Shown here one piece after another: positions 10,923-20,837 of a stretch of 57,296 nt of DNA. This DNA is from Gemmatimonadota bacterium (GTDB lineage Bacteria > Gemmatimonadota > Gemmatimonadetes > Longimicrobiales > RSA9): assembly GCA_052389275.1 (NCBI GenBank), contig JBQTID010000074.1:1-57296 (forward strand), in the 5' to 3' direction. The position numbers and the translations under genes are program-made. A model generated the notes under the pieces. That model was not told where the DNA came from. It worked only from the letters and a program-made list of their open reading frames with translations, and did not search any database. Each line of letters opens with the position of its first letter. Position 1 is the first letter of the stretch.

Positions 10923-12089
10923 CTAGAACTTGCCCACGTACAGCCGCGTGATGGTGCGGCCGTCCTTGCTCGTGTTCGCGGTCGTCGTCGCGTTGGTCTT
11001 GAGCGCGCTTTCGACCGTGGCCGGGCTCGCGCCCGTGTTGCTCGACAGGTACAACGCGCCGCCGCCACCCACGTGCGGCGACGCCATCGACGTGCCGCTC
11101 ATGGTGGTGGTGCCGCCGCCCTTCTTGGTCGACAGAATGCTGACGCCCGGCGCCCAGATGTCGACGCAGTTGCCGAAGTTGCTCCACGAGGCTTCCTTGT
11201 CGTTGCTGTCGGTGGCCGCCGTCGTGGTGACGCCGTTGTGCGTGCCGGCGCGCGCCGGCGAAAAGTTGCACGCGTCCGCGCCATCGTTGCCGGCCGCGAT
11301 CGCGTAGAAGACGCCGCTGTCCGCCGACTTCTTGACCGCGTCATCGACCGCCTGCGACGCACCGCCGCCCAGACTCATGTTCGCGATGGCCGGCTTCTTC
11401 GCATTCGCCGTGACCCAGTCCACGCCCTTGATCACGCCGCTGTTCGAGCCGGTGCCGCCGCAGCCCAGCACCTTCACGCCCGTGATCGGCGCGCCCGGCG
11501 CCACGCCCACCACGTCCGACGTGTTGTCCTTCGCCGCGACCGTGCCGGCCACGTGCGTGCCGTGACCATGGCAGTCGTTGTTCGGGCCGCTCGCGAAGTT
11601 GACGTGGTTCACGACGTTGAGATCCGCGTGCTTGGCGTCGGCGCCGGTATCGATGATGTAGACGTTGACGTTGCTGATGGTGCCGGTGCCGTCGCCGGCC
11701 TTGGTCGAGGAGATGTCGGCATCGATCTTGTCGATGCCCCACGGCAGCGTCTGCGCGACCGCCGACATAACACCGTCCTCCTCGACGTACGCCACGCGCG
11801 GATCGTTGCTGAGCGCCGCCAGCCGGCCATCCGGCACCGAGGCCGCGAAACCGAACAGTGCCGCACCATACGTGAAGCGCGGTGTCACGCCGAAAGAGCG
11901 CGCGACGTCCGCTGCCCGCGCCAGGTTGGCCTCGTAGCCGCCCGGCGCGAATTCACTCTTGAGAACCACGACGACATCCGTGCTGCCCGACTTCGAGAAC
12001 TGCACATCCGGAGCGGTCGGCTGCTCGCCGGTTTCCTGGCACGCAGCCACCGCGACTGCAACTACGAAGGGAGTCATCCAGCGTTTCAT
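10923..12089 (-). CDS. S8 subtilase lipoprotein with I9 prodomain
   Basis: AGGAG RBS, lipobox [25 protein letters not shown]. Confidence 0.93.
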   Translation of the reverse strand: MKRWMTPFVVAVAVAACQETGEQPTAPDVQFSKSGSTDVVVVLKSEFAPGGYEANLARAADVARSFGVTPRFTYGAALFGFAASVPDGRLAALSNDPRVAYVEEDGVMSAVAQTLPWGIDKIDADISSTKAGDGTGTISNVNVYIIDTGADAKHADLNVVNHVNFASGPNNDCHGHGTHVAGTVAAKDNTSDVVGVAPGAPITGVKVLGCGGTGSNSGVIKGVDWVTANAKKPAIANMSLGGGASQAVDDAVKKSADSGVFYAIAAGNDGADACNFSPARAGTHNGVTTTAATDSNDKEASWSNFGNCVDIWAPGVSILSTKKGGGTTTMSGTSMASPHVGGGGALYLSSNTGASPATVESALKTNATTTANTSKDGRTITRLYVGKF

Positions 12090-12143
12090 CGTGCGGCTCC
12101 TGTTTCTGGTGATCACGAAAAAAGGCGCGACGCGCGTCCCACC

Positions 12144-13301
12144 TCAGTAATTCGAGAAGAGCAGGTGATTGTTCGCCGTGTTCGACGACGTCACGATGCC
12201 CTTCGTCGTATTCGCGTAGAGCGCGTCGCGCACTGTCTGTGCGGATGCGCCCGGGTTGCTCTGGAGATAGAGCGCCGCGACACCCGCGGTGTGCGGCGTC
12301 GCCATTGACGTGCCGCTGATCGTGTTCGTCGCTGTGTCACTGTCATCCCAGGCCGATGTGATGCCGAGACCAGGCGCGAACCAATCGACGCACGGTCCGT
12401 AGTTCGACCAGCTCGTCTTCTTGTCCGTCTTGTCGGTTGCGCCAATCGTGATCGCCTCCGGCACGCGCGCGGGTGAATACTTGCACGCGTCCTGGGCGCG
12501 GCCGCCCTGGTTGCCGTTGCCGGCCGCAACCGAAGTCGATACGCCTGACGCGATCATGCGCTTGGTCGCATCATCGACCGACGTGTTGGCGCCGCCACCG
12601 AGCGACATATTTGCAACCGCTGGCAACACCCGATTCGCCGTGACCCAGTCCATGCCTGCGATCACGCCACTCCAGGTGCCGGATCCGCTGCAATCGAGCA
12701 CGCGCACCGCAACCAGCGCCACGCTCTTCGCGATGCCGTAAGTCGTGCCGCCGACCGTGCCGGCCACGTGCGTGCCATGGCCGTTGCAGTCATTAGTGCC
12801 ATTGCCATCATCGATCGCTGTAAAGCCGCCCGTGGCACGGCCGCCGAATTCGTTATGCGTGACACGAATGCCGGTATCAATGATGTAGGCCGTCACGCCG
12901 CTGCCTGTGTTGGTGTACGTATAACTGGTGTCGAGCGGCAGGCCGCGCTGGTCAGTGCGATCAAGGCCCCAGGTCGCTGGCTTCTGAGTCGTAGACGCTG
13001 TCGCAATGCCGTCTGCCTCCACACGTGTGACTCGCGCATCGCGCAGCAGTCCGGCGCGCGCGGCGTCAGACATCGCACCCGCGAAGCCGTTCAGAACGGT
13101 CGTATAAACATAGTCCGGAGCTACCCCATGCTCTGCGGCGACGGCGGCCGGGTTGGCGCCATCACTAAGCGTAACAATGAAGCGGCCGGGGATCGTGGCG
13201 AACTGCGGCGTAGCGTCGTCGCCGGCGGGTGTTGTGACCTGATTGATGTCGCTACATGCGGCGATCGCGAGCACCAGGACAAAAGGGAGCTTCCGGTTCA
13301 T
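12144..13301 (-). CDS. S8 subtilase (aqualysin-like) lipoprotein with I9 prodomain
   Basis: GGAGG RBS, lipobox [24 protein letters not shown]. Confidence 0.93.
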   Translation of the reverse strand: MNRKLPFVLVLAIAACSDINQVTTPAGDDATPQFATIPGRFIVTLSDGANPAAVAAEHGVAPDYVYTTVLNGFAGAMSDAARAGLLRDARVTRVEADGIATASTTQKPATWGLDRTDQRGLPLDTSYTYTNTGSGVTAYIIDTGIRVTHNEFGGRATGGFTAIDDGNGTNDCNGHGTHVAGTVGGTTYGIAKSVALVAVRVLDCSGSGTWSGVIAGMDWVTANRVLPAVANMSLGGGANTSVDDATKRMIASGVSTSVAAGNGNQGGRAQDACKYSPARVPEAITIGATDKTDKKTSWSNYGPCVDWFAPGLGITSAWDDSDTATNTISGTSMATPHTAGVAALYLQSNPGASAQTVRDALYANTTKGIVTSSNTANNHLLFSNY

Positions 13302-13361
13302 CGACAAGCCTCCAAAGGGTAGTTTTTGAGAACATCTACGTGCGATGGGCGGAAACCCCTA

Positions 13362-13377
13362 TGCAGGCCCCAGGCCT
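13362..13377 (-). promoter_or_regulatory. Putative sigma54 -24/-12 promoter for the subtilase cluster
   Basis: Minus strand AGGCCTGGGGCCTGCA (GG-N10-GC), about 60 bp upstream of the start; AT-containing imperfect palindrome just upstream (13395-13419). Confidence 0.5.
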
Positions 13378-13442
13378 ATGCCGCACATAAGCTCAACTCT
13401 TTGTGTAGCAACGGGTTGCGCACTTGGACCCGTGCGGTGAAA

Positions 13443-13578
13443 CGTCTCAATTTGGTGCATTCCCCAGCCGGGCGCCCCGATTTGGTGCACGAAGGGTCGT
13501 GATGGCGACATCCTCATGGCCCCGTTCGAGTGCGTCTGATTTCGGTTGGCACGCCCTTGCGCGCACTAAATCGGTGCA
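13443..13578. promoter_or_regulatory. Three NtrC/Fis-type upstream activator sites
   Basis: CGTCTCAATTTGGTGCA (13443), CGCCCCGATTTGGTGCA (13473), CGCACTAAATCGGTGCA (13562); these resemble the NtrC consensus TGCACC-N5-GGTGCA. Confidence 0.6.
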
Positions 13579-13614
13579 CTAGACTCTGGAACACACTCAT
13601 CCCTCAGGTATTTC

Positions 13615-14934
13615 ATGGCGATCCTCGCCCTCACGAGCTCGCCCGCTTCACTCGGGTCCCTGACGGACGTCTTCGGCCCCGAGGAGTTTTGCATCGAATC
13701 CAGACCGGCGCAGGGATTGGTTCGAGCGCAGCAGGCGGTCTGGTCGGTAGTTCTGGTCGATGCCGATTTTGGCGGCGATTCAGCCATCGAGGTGGTCGAG
13801 CGTCTGGCGGCGTCCGGGCAGGCGGTCGCGCTGATCGCGCGCGCGCCGTCGCTGCGCACGACCCTCGAAGCAATGGACCGCGGCGCGCGCGATGTGCTGC
13901 CGTTTCCGCCCGAAGCCGGCAAGCTTCGCGAGCTCGTGATGCGCTGCCACAAGGCCGGCGCGCGCGGCGCGGTTTCGGTGGCGCCTTCGTCGGATACTGC
14001 CGGCTCGATTGTGGGCGAGAGCCCGCGCATGCTCGAGGCCTTCATGACGATCGCGCGTGTCTCCAAGAGCTCCGCGACCGTGCTGATCCGGGGTGAGAGC
14101 GGCACCGGCAAGGAGATGATTGCGCGCACGATTCACGAGCGCAGCGCGCGCGCGGGGGGACCATTCGTGGCCGTGAACTGCGCGGCAATTCCGGAAAACC
14201 TGCTCGAGTCCGAGCTGTTCGGCCACGAAAAGGGCGCGTTCACCGGTGCGATCGCGCGTCGTATTGGCCGTTTCGAGCGGGCGTCGGGAGGCACCCTGTT
14301 TCTCGATGAAATCGGCGACATGAGCCTGTCGCTTCAGGCGAAGATCCTGCGCGTGCTTCAGGAGCGCGAAGTTGAGCGCGTCGGTGGCAGCGCGCCGGTT
14401 ACGGTAGATGTGAGATTGATCGCCGCGACGCATCGCGACCTGGAGAGCGATGTGGTCGCTGGTCGTTTTCGCGAGGACCTGTATTACCGGCTGGCGGTCG
14501 TGACCATGCAGCTGCCGGCGCTGCGCGAGCGTGGCGATGATCTGCGTGTGTTGGCGGAGCATTACCTCGAGCGCTACGCTCGCGAATACAACCGGCCGCT
14601 GCACGCGATTTCGCGCGAGGCGCTCAACGTGCTGCGCGCCTACAGCTGGCCGGGCAATGTGCGCCAGCTGCGGAATGTCATCGAAAGCGCCGTGTTGCTG
14701 GCTGACGGTGACACACTGCTGCCCTGTCATTTGCCGCCGGAGCTGGTCGCGCCGCAGCCGGTGCCCGAGTATTCGGAGTCCGTGCTGCCGCTTATCACGC
14801 TCACCGAGCTGGAGCGGCGCCACATACAGAAGGTGCTGGCCGTGAGCGGCGGCCAGATGAACGTAGCAGCAGAGATTCTCGGCATTCACCGTAATACGCT
14901 GCGCCGCAAGCTTGCGGATTACGGCATCGCCTGA
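13615..14934 (+). CDS. Sigma54-dependent enhancer-binding activator (atypical receiver-AAA+-Fis HTH)
   Basis: [36 protein letters not shown], and C-terminal [15 protein letters not shown]. Confidence 0.95.
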   Translation: MAILALTSSPASLGSLTDVFGPEEFCIESRPAQGLVRAQQAVWSVVLVDADFGGDSAIEVVERLAASGQAVALIARAPSLRTTLEAMDRGARDVLPFPPEAGKLRELVMRCHKAGARGAVSVAPSSDTAGSIVGESPRMLEAFMTIARVSKSSATVLIRGESGTGKEMIARTIHERSARAGGPFVAVNCAAIPENLLESELFGHEKGAFTGAIARRIGRFERASGGTLFLDEIGDMSLSLQAKILRVLQEREVERVGGSAPVTVDVRLIAATHRDLESDVVAGRFREDLYYRLAVVTMQLPALRERGDDLRVLAEHYLERYAREYNRPLHAISREALNVLRAYSWPGNVRQLRNVIESAVLLADGDTLLPCHLPPELVAPQPVPEYSESVLPLITLTELERRHIQKVLAVSGGQMNVAAEILGIHRNTLRRKLADYGIA

Positions 14935-15014
14935 AGTCGTCACAAATCGCTATCGCAGTTGCAGTCTGGTGCCGTTATCTAGGTAAGCGCCACATCCTAC
15001 AGGGAGAGCATCCA

Positions 15015-15578
15015 ATGAATCGATTCACCCGTGTTGCTGCTGTCGTGCTGACGCTGTTCAGCGCGGCATGCAGTGACGAACCGGTTACGCCGCACGCTAC
15101 CGGTCGCCAATTCTCGACCGCGCAGGGCGGCGATTTGAGCAAGGTCGCGAGATACACATCCGGCGCGCCGGACGTGCTTTTCGGTTTCGCGTCGAAATCG
15201 ATCGGGCCGGCGGGCGGCAGCATCCGGCTGCTCGATTTTGAGGTCATCGTGCCGGCCAAGGCAGTCGCGAAAGCGACGAATTTCACAATCCGATTGCCCG
15301 CCGATCCGTTCGGTGCCGAGTACGCGTATGCCGAATTCGGCCCGCACGGCTTGAGGTTCGCGACGCCGGTGACCATCAGGCTGCCGTACCAGGGCACGAC
15401 CTCGGAAGGTGGCACGCCGCACGTGATGTGGAACAACAGCGGCCAGTGGGTAGCCTTTCCAACGTCGGCTACCGAAGACGGTCGCATCCAGGCGCAGACT
15501 AACCACTTCTCGGAATATGGCACGGAAGAAACCGACCCCAGCCGCGGCATTACACTCGCGGGCAAGCGCCTCCGCTGA
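15015..15578 (+). CDS. Lipoprotein with ZU5-like domain ending in an HFS motif
   Basis: Lipobox SAAC; IGPAGG..IVPAKAV..FGPHGLRFATPVTIRLPY..TNHFS pattern typical of ZU5-like domains. Confidence 0.7.
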   Translation: MNRFTRVAAVVLTLFSAACSDEPVTPHATGRQFSTAQGGDLSKVARYTSGAPDVLFGFASKSIGPAGGSIRLLDFEVIVPAKAVAKATNFTIRLPADPFGAEYAYAEFGPHGLRFATPVTIRLPYQGTTSEGGTPHVMWNNSGQWVAFPTSATEDGRIQAQTNHFSEYGTEETDPSRGITLAGKRLR

Positions 15579-15585
15579 AGCCGGT

Positions 15586-16833
15586 GTGACGCTGGATCGG
15601 TTGCTCGGCGCTCTCCCCGAGCAACACGAACTTGCGCCACTGCGGCATGCGTTGCTACGCACGTCCGTGCCGGATGCGGCGCGGGCGTGGGCGCATTCGA
15701 GTGCGTATGCAACGGTCGACAAGCGCGTCATTACAGCGGACGCGCTGCGCGCCGCCGCCGCGGATGCCAGGAACGCGGCGCATGCGCGCGCCGACGCGCT
15801 GTATGATGCGGTTACGGAAGTGCTGGAGTTTGCCGCGCACAACGACGACGTCGCGGCGGCTCTTCGATTGATCGCGATCGGCGAGTCGGCGGAGGCGGAA
15901 GAGAATTATCGAACCGCTTGCGCGTATTACGAGGTGGCCGGCCGTTTCAGCGAGACCCTGGCCGACCGCCGGGTGCGGGTGCTCGCGCTACGCCGCCTGG
16001 CGCGCGCACGTGCCGCCCTCGGCGATGTGGATCTGGCGATCTCGGTTTTCCGCGCGAGCCTGGAGCAAGCGGTTGCGGCCGAGGACATCGAGGCTCAAGT
16101 GTACGTTCAACTGGGTCTCGGCAACATCATGGGATTCCAGGGCCGCTGGCAGGAAGGCAGCCAGTACTATGAGGCCGCCCGTGCTCTGTGCGGCGATCAG
16201 TTCCCGCGCTTGCGCGGCCAGATCGCAATCAACCTCGCGGTCATGCACCGGGAGCGCGGCGACCTCGAAGCAGCCTCGGCGCAGCAGGCGGCAGCATCCG
16301 CATTATGGAGCGAGATGGCACCCGCCGACCACTCCGTGTGGTACAACAGTCGCGGATTGCTGGCCGTGGCGCGCGGCGAAACCGACGCCGCGGAGACGAT
16401 TTTCCGGCAGGCATTGGAAACTGCCGGCAGCGATTTCGACCGGGCCATGGTCCTCGATAACCTGGCTGAGCTGTTCATTCAGCAAGGCAATCTCGCGGAT
16501 GCGGAGGCGTACGCGCGCGCAGCCGAAGAACTGGCGTTGAGCGCGGCTTCGCCACGGGCTCTTGCGGAGATATATACGCGTCTCGGCAAGATCTTCCGCC
16601 TGCGCTCGGATCTGAACGGTGTTACGTTTTTCGAAAAAGCGCTGGAGATCTGCCGTGGCCGCAGATATCCACTGACCGAGGCGAACGCATATCTCGAATA
16701 CGGTATCTTCCGTCGCACACTCGGCGACACCGAAGAGGCTCGCTCCTATATCGAGCGGGCGCGACAGCTGTGCGCCGACATCGGCGCCGCGCAGCTGGAG
16801 CGCGTCGCGTCCGAGCAGTTCGCGCAGCTCTAA
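15586..16833 (+). CDS. Tetratricopeptide-repeat protein
   Basis: Repeated TPR-like helices (LGLGNI, INLAVM, NSRGLL, DNLAEL, TRLGKI); start placed at GTG 15586, after the upstream stop. Confidence 0.8.
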   Translation: MTLDRLLGALPEQHELAPLRHALLRTSVPDAARAWAHSSAYATVDKRVITADALRAAAADARNAAHARADALYDAVTEVLEFAAHNDDVAAALRLIAIGESAEAEENYRTACAYYEVAGRFSETLADRRVRVLALRRLARARAALGDVDLAISVFRASLEQAVAAEDIEAQVYVQLGLGNIMGFQGRWQEGSQYYEAARALCGDQFPRLRGQIAINLAVMHRERGDLEAASAQQAAASALWSEMAPADHSVWYNSRGLLAVARGETDAAETIFRQALETAGSDFDRAMVLDNLAELFIQQGNLADAEAYARAAEELALSAASPRALAEIYTRLGKIFRLRSDLNGVTFFEKALEICRGRRYPLTEANAYLEYGIFRRTLGDTEEARSYIERARQLCADIGAAQLERVASEQFAQL

Positions 16834-16834
16834 T

Positions 16835-18595
16835 CCGGCTTTTCTCGCACTACTCCTGCTTGTCCTGACAGCTCCGTCGTTTGCGCAACGCCCGTGCGCC
16901 ACCGGCACGATCTCCTTCATCTTCATCGACAACCATTCGATCTTCGACACGAACGATCCCGATCTGGATCGGCGGTTCGGCTGGGCGTATCGCGCGGCGA
17001 ACGCGCTGCACGTGAGAACCCGGCGCAGTGTGGTCGAGCGCGAGCTGCTGTTCGGTCCCGGCGATTGTTATGATGCGTACTTGCTCGAGGAAACCGAGCG
17101 CTTGCTGCGCGCGTACGACTTTCTGGCGCAAGTAGACGTATTCGGCATTCCACAGCCCGATGGCAGCTACCATGTGGTGGTCGACACGCGCGATCAGTGG
17201 AGCACATCGCTGGACCTGCGCCTCGGATTCGATCGCGGCCTGAAGTTCGAGGGTATGCGCCTGCGGGAGTCGAATCTGCTCGGCACCGGGCAGGAGATCG
17301 GTTTTTTCTATATCGATCGCGATGTCACACGCGATTACGGCATAGCATACGGCACGCGTCAGCTCGCGGGCACCCGCTGGGATCTGAATACTTCGCTGGG
17401 ACGCACGAGAGCGGGGTCGTTCTTTACGCAGAGCATCGCGTATCCCTTTGTCGGTGAGGTAGGGCAGTGGGGCGCGCGCCAGAGCTTTTCGCATGAAGAC
17501 CAATTCTTCGATTACATCGCTGTCGACAGCGCGCAGGCTGTCACTCGACATGTTCTGCTGCCGGTACGGGAAAAACTCTTCGATGTTGCCGTAGGTACGC
17601 GCTTCGGCAATCGCGGCAATCTGACCGTGCTCGGCGGCATCATCAGTTACGAGCAGTTGACCTATCCGGCTGCCATACAAGTCGCCGAGGCCGGCGACTT
17701 CGCTGACCGCGTTCCCGGCGACTCGGCGTTGACCGAGCAAATCGCCTCACAGTTGCAGCCGCTGGGCAGTGTTCGCGCCGGTCTCGTGCTCGGCCAGCGC
17801 AACATTTGGTGGGTGAAGCGGCGTGGCTTCGACAGTATGCGCGGCCAGCAGGATGTACCGCTCGGCGCCGACGTGGCGGTCGCATTCGCACGCTCGATTC
17901 CGGGACTCAAACGCGACAACGATATGGTCGGCACATTTCGCCTGTATACCGGACTGGAGACCGGCCCGGCACTCCTCGCAACTCGGCTGCGGCTGGATGC
18001 GCGCCGCGATCTCGACGCAGCTAGCGACATGCCCGAATGGGAAGATGTCTACGCTGACGGCGAGCTGCTGACGTACTGGAAGCCCGCGTCACTGTCGCGC
18101 CACACTTTTTTTGTGCGCACTGCCGCCGCTGCGGCCTGGAACACGCGCACGCCGTTTCAGCTGACGCTGGGCGGAGACCGCAACCTGCGTGGCTATCCGG
18201 ACGAACGGTTTCCCGGCGGCCGGCGCGTGATCGTCAATGCCGAGGATCGCATCTATTTCGGCTGGCCATTGCGCGAAGTACTGGACGTTGGTGGCACGGT
18301 ATTCGTCGACGGCGGGCGTATTTGGCCAGGCGACGTTCCGTTCGGCAGTGATTCCGGCTGGCGCGCCAGCGCAGGCGTTGGTCTGCGCGGTTCATTTCCC
18401 GCCGGCGGCCGCTCCACGTTTCGCATCGATGTCGCAACGCCACTCGATGGTGGCCTGCGCTTCAAGAATTTTCGCGTGATTCTCTCCGCATCGGAACTGC
18501 TTGGGCTGCGAACCGTCAACACACCGGATGTGCAATTGATCCGCTCGCGCAATGAAGGCGTGGAAGGTTTTCTTTTCCGGATGCGCAATCAATGA
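16835..18595 (+). CDS. BamA/TamA-like outer-membrane protein (POTRA plus beta-barrel); 5' end probably frameshifted
   Basis: The frame is open from a signal-like FLALLLLVLTAPSFAQ, then RELLFGPGD..LEETERLLR (POTRA) and LRGY..F.G. There is no in-frame start; the likely start is GTG at about 16770 with a 1-nt indel in a T run near 16840. Confidence 0.75.
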   Translation, partial: PAFLALLLLVLTAPSFAQRPCATGTISFIFIDNHSIFDTNDPDLDRRFGWAYRAANALHVRTRRSVVERELLFGPGDCYDAYLLEETERLLRAYDFLAQVDVFGIPQPDGSYHVVVDTRDQWSTSLDLRLGFDRGLKFEGMRLRESNLLGTGQEIGFFYIDRDVTRDYGIAYGTRQLAGTRWDLNTSLGRTRAGSFFTQSIAYPFVGEVGQWGARQSFSHEDQFFDYIAVDSAQAVTRHVLLPVREKLFDVAVGTRFGNRGNLTVLGGIISYEQLTYPAAIQVAEAGDFADRVPGDSALTEQIASQLQPLGSVRAGLVLGQRNIWWVKRRGFDSMRGQQDVPLGADVAVAFARSIPGLKRDNDMVGTFRLYTGLETGPALLATRLRLDARRDLDAASDMPEWEDVYADGELLTYWKPASLSRHTFFVRTAAAAAWNTRTPFQLTLGGDRNLRGYPDERFPGGRRVIVNAEDRIYFGWPLREVLDVGGTVFVDGGRIWPGDVPFGSDSGWRASAGVGLRGSFPAGGRSTFRIDVATPLDGGLRFKNFRVILSASELLGLRTVNTPDVQLIRSRNEGVEGFLFRMRNQ

Positions 18596-19959
18596 CCGGG
18601 CGCCCGCGCCTTTATTCGGCGCGCTGGCTTTTAACCGTCACGCAACCGCCGCTGCGCGACTTTGCGATGCTGGTCGGGGCGAATGGTCGAATCGAGCGTA
18701 TCGCACCGGTCGGCTCGTTCGATGCTGAAGACCATTACGAGCGCAGCGATTTCGGCGACGCCGCGATTCTGCCGGGACTGGTCAACGTGCACGCGCATCC
18801 GGAGCTTTCGGTCATGCGCGGCTTGCTCGAGGATCTGCCGTTTCACGAGTGGATTCCCACGCTGATGCGTTGCAAGCGCGCTGCGAATCTCACACTGGTT
18901 GACTACGCGGTGGCGGCGCGCTGGACCTGCGTCGAGGCGTTGCGCGCCGGTATCACCACCATTGGCGCCACTGAAGATTCGGGGGCCGCGGTCTGCGCGC
19001 TCGGCGAGGCCGGTATGCGCGGCCGGGTTTATCTCGAGGTCTTCGGACCCGCGCCCGAGCAGGCGAGCGAATCATTGCAGTCACTGCGCTCGAGAGTTGA
19101 GGAGCATGCGGCTCTCGCAACCGAGCGGGTGCAGCTCGGTGTCTCACCGCACGCTCCCTTTTCCGTGTCCGATGCATTATTCACGCTGGTTGCGGCTTAC
19201 GCGCGCGAAGAGCGGCTGCCGATCGCGACGCATGCCGCCGAATCCGAGGCGGAAGAGCTGCTCGTGCGCGCAGCGCTCGGGCCCTTTGCGGCCGGATTGC
19301 GGTCGCGCGGCATTGAGGTTGCGCCGCGCGGGCGCTCCGCAATCGATCTGCTCACGCGCACCGGCATTCTCGATCTCGCACCGCTCATCATTCACGGCAT
19401 TCGCGTATCCGTCGGCGAGCTGCGCGCCATCGCTGCGGCCGGCGCGTCGATCGCGCACTGTCCGATCGCAAATGCGCGGCTCGGCCATGGGATCGCTCCG
19501 ATTGTCGAGGCGCTGGACCAGAGCGTCACGGTCGCTATTGGCACTGACTCGGTTGCGAGCAACAACCGGCTCGATCTGCTGGAGGAAGCCCGCGCGGCGC
19601 AGGCGCTTCAGCGGGCCCGCTTGCGGAACGCGTCCGCACTACCGAGCGAACAGCTGCTGCGTCTCATCACCATCGAAGGTGCACGCGTGCTGGGCATGGC
19701 TGACAGAATTGGCTCGCTCGAAGTCGGCAAGGACGCGGATTTCTGTGTCGTGTCACTGGCCGGTCCGCACAGCGTGCCGGTCGCGGAGCCATTGGCGGCC
19801 GTATTTCACGCCGCGCGTGGCAGCGATGTGCTGCTGACCGCCGTGGCCGGTCGCCATCTCTTCGAAACAGGACGCGTAACCACTTTGGATGAAGCCGAGC
19901 TGCGTGAGCAAGTCGATGCGATCGGCGCGCGGCTGCGCGCCGTGAGGAACGGCGCATGA
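18592..19959 (+). CDS. Amidohydrolase (MTA/SAH or futalosine deaminase-like)
   Basis: PGLVNVHAH, SPHAPFS, THAAES, IGTDS, GSLEVGKDAD motifs. Confidence 0.85.
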   Translation: MTGRPRLYSARWLLTVTQPPLRDFAMLVGANGRIERIAPVGSFDAEDHYERSDFGDAAILPGLVNVHAHPELSVMRGLLEDLPFHEWIPTLMRCKRAANLTLVDYAVAARWTCVEALRAGITTIGATEDSGAAVCALGEAGMRGRVYLEVFGPAPEQASESLQSLRSRVEEHAALATERVQLGVSPHAPFSVSDALFTLVAAYAREERLPIATHAAESEAEELLVRAALGPFAAGLRSRGIEVAPRGRSAIDLLTRTGILDLAPLIIHGIRVSVGELRAIAAAGASIAHCPIANARLGHGIAPIVEALDQSVTVAIGTDSVASNNRLDLLEEARAAQALQRARLRNASALPSEQLLRLITIEGARVLGMADRIGSLEVGKDADFCVVSLAGPHSVPVAEPLAAVFHAARGSDVLLTAVAGRHLFETGRVTTLDEAELREQVDAIGARLRAVRNGA

Positions 19960-20837
19960 CCGCGAATGCAACCGCGCGCGCGGGGCGAACCGCAGTTGTG
20001 CGCCGTGTGCTCGTCGTTACGCTGGTTGCGAATCTGGCGGTTGTCATCGGCAAGGCGATCGCCGGCGTCTCTGCGAATTCATTGGCGGTACTCGCCGATG
20101 CGGCGCACTCGTCGCTGGATGCCTGGAACAACGTGATGGCCCTGTTCATCGCGGGCGTGGCTGCGAAGGCGCCCGACGCGGAGCATCCGTACGGCCACGG
20201 CAAGTTCGAGACGGTCGGTGCGCTCGGCATCGTTGCGTTCCTTTCGATCACGGTGTTTCAGGTGGTCGAGGCGGCGCTTACGCGCTTGTTCGGATCGGGC
20301 CCGGAGCCGCAGGCTACGCCGGTGGTCGTGACCATCATGACAATCTCGGCGGCGGCCAGCTTCCTGATCGCGCGTTACGAAGAGCAGTACGGTCACCGCT
20401 ACGAGAGTGAGATCCTGCTTGCCGACGCCGCGCACACGCGCTCGGATGTCTACGCTTCACTCGCGGTGCTCGCCGGCATTGCATTGGTCGCCGCCGGTTA
20501 TCCCAAAGCGGACGCACTGGTCACGCTGCTCGTCGCGGTGGTGATTGCGCGGGCCGGCTGGCGGATCATCAAGCGCACAGTGCCGATTCTGGTGGATGAG
20601 CGCGCCGTCGAAGAGAGTGCGATCTGCGCTGTCACAGCGCGCACGCCGGGAGTAGTCGATTGCTTCGCGGTCCGCTCGCGCGGGCGCAAGAGCGAGATCT
20701 TCGTCGAGCTGACGATAACGGTCGAGCCTACGCTCAACGTTCACGAAGGTCACGTAATCGCGGATGAAGTCGAGCGGCGCGTGGCTGCCGCGGTTGGCGC
20801 TCGTGAAGTAGTTGTGCACGTCGAGCCCGCTACATGA
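19956..20837 (+). CDS. Cation diffusion facilitator transporter
   Basis: ADAAHSSLD, HPYGHGKFE, ADAAHTRSD, VHVEP motifs. Confidence 0.92.
   Translation: MTANATARAGRTAVVRRVLVVTLVANLAVVIGKAIAGVSANSLAVLADAAHSSLDAWNNVMALFIAGVAAKAPDAEHPYGHGKFETVGALGIVAFLSITVFQVVEAALTRLFGSGPEPQATPVVVTIMTISAAASFLIARYEEQYGHRYESEILLADAAHTRSDVYASLAVLAGIALVAAGYPKADALVTLLVAVVIARAGWRIIKRTVPILVDERAVEESAICAVTARTPGVVDCFAVRSRGRKSEIFVELTITVEPTLNVHEGHVIADEVERRVAAAVGAREVVVHVEPAT

Noticed and set aside
10837-11271. N-terminal extension of the 538-aa subtilase ORF
   Set aside because: It overlaps the upstream subtilase in another frame and a terminator; the real start is the lipoprotein signal at 10836.
13546-13561. Sigma54 promoter TGGCACGCCCTTGC for the activator
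   Set aside because: The spacing is GG-N9-GC, one base short. It is only valid if the C run is a sequencing error, so it is not listed as a feature.
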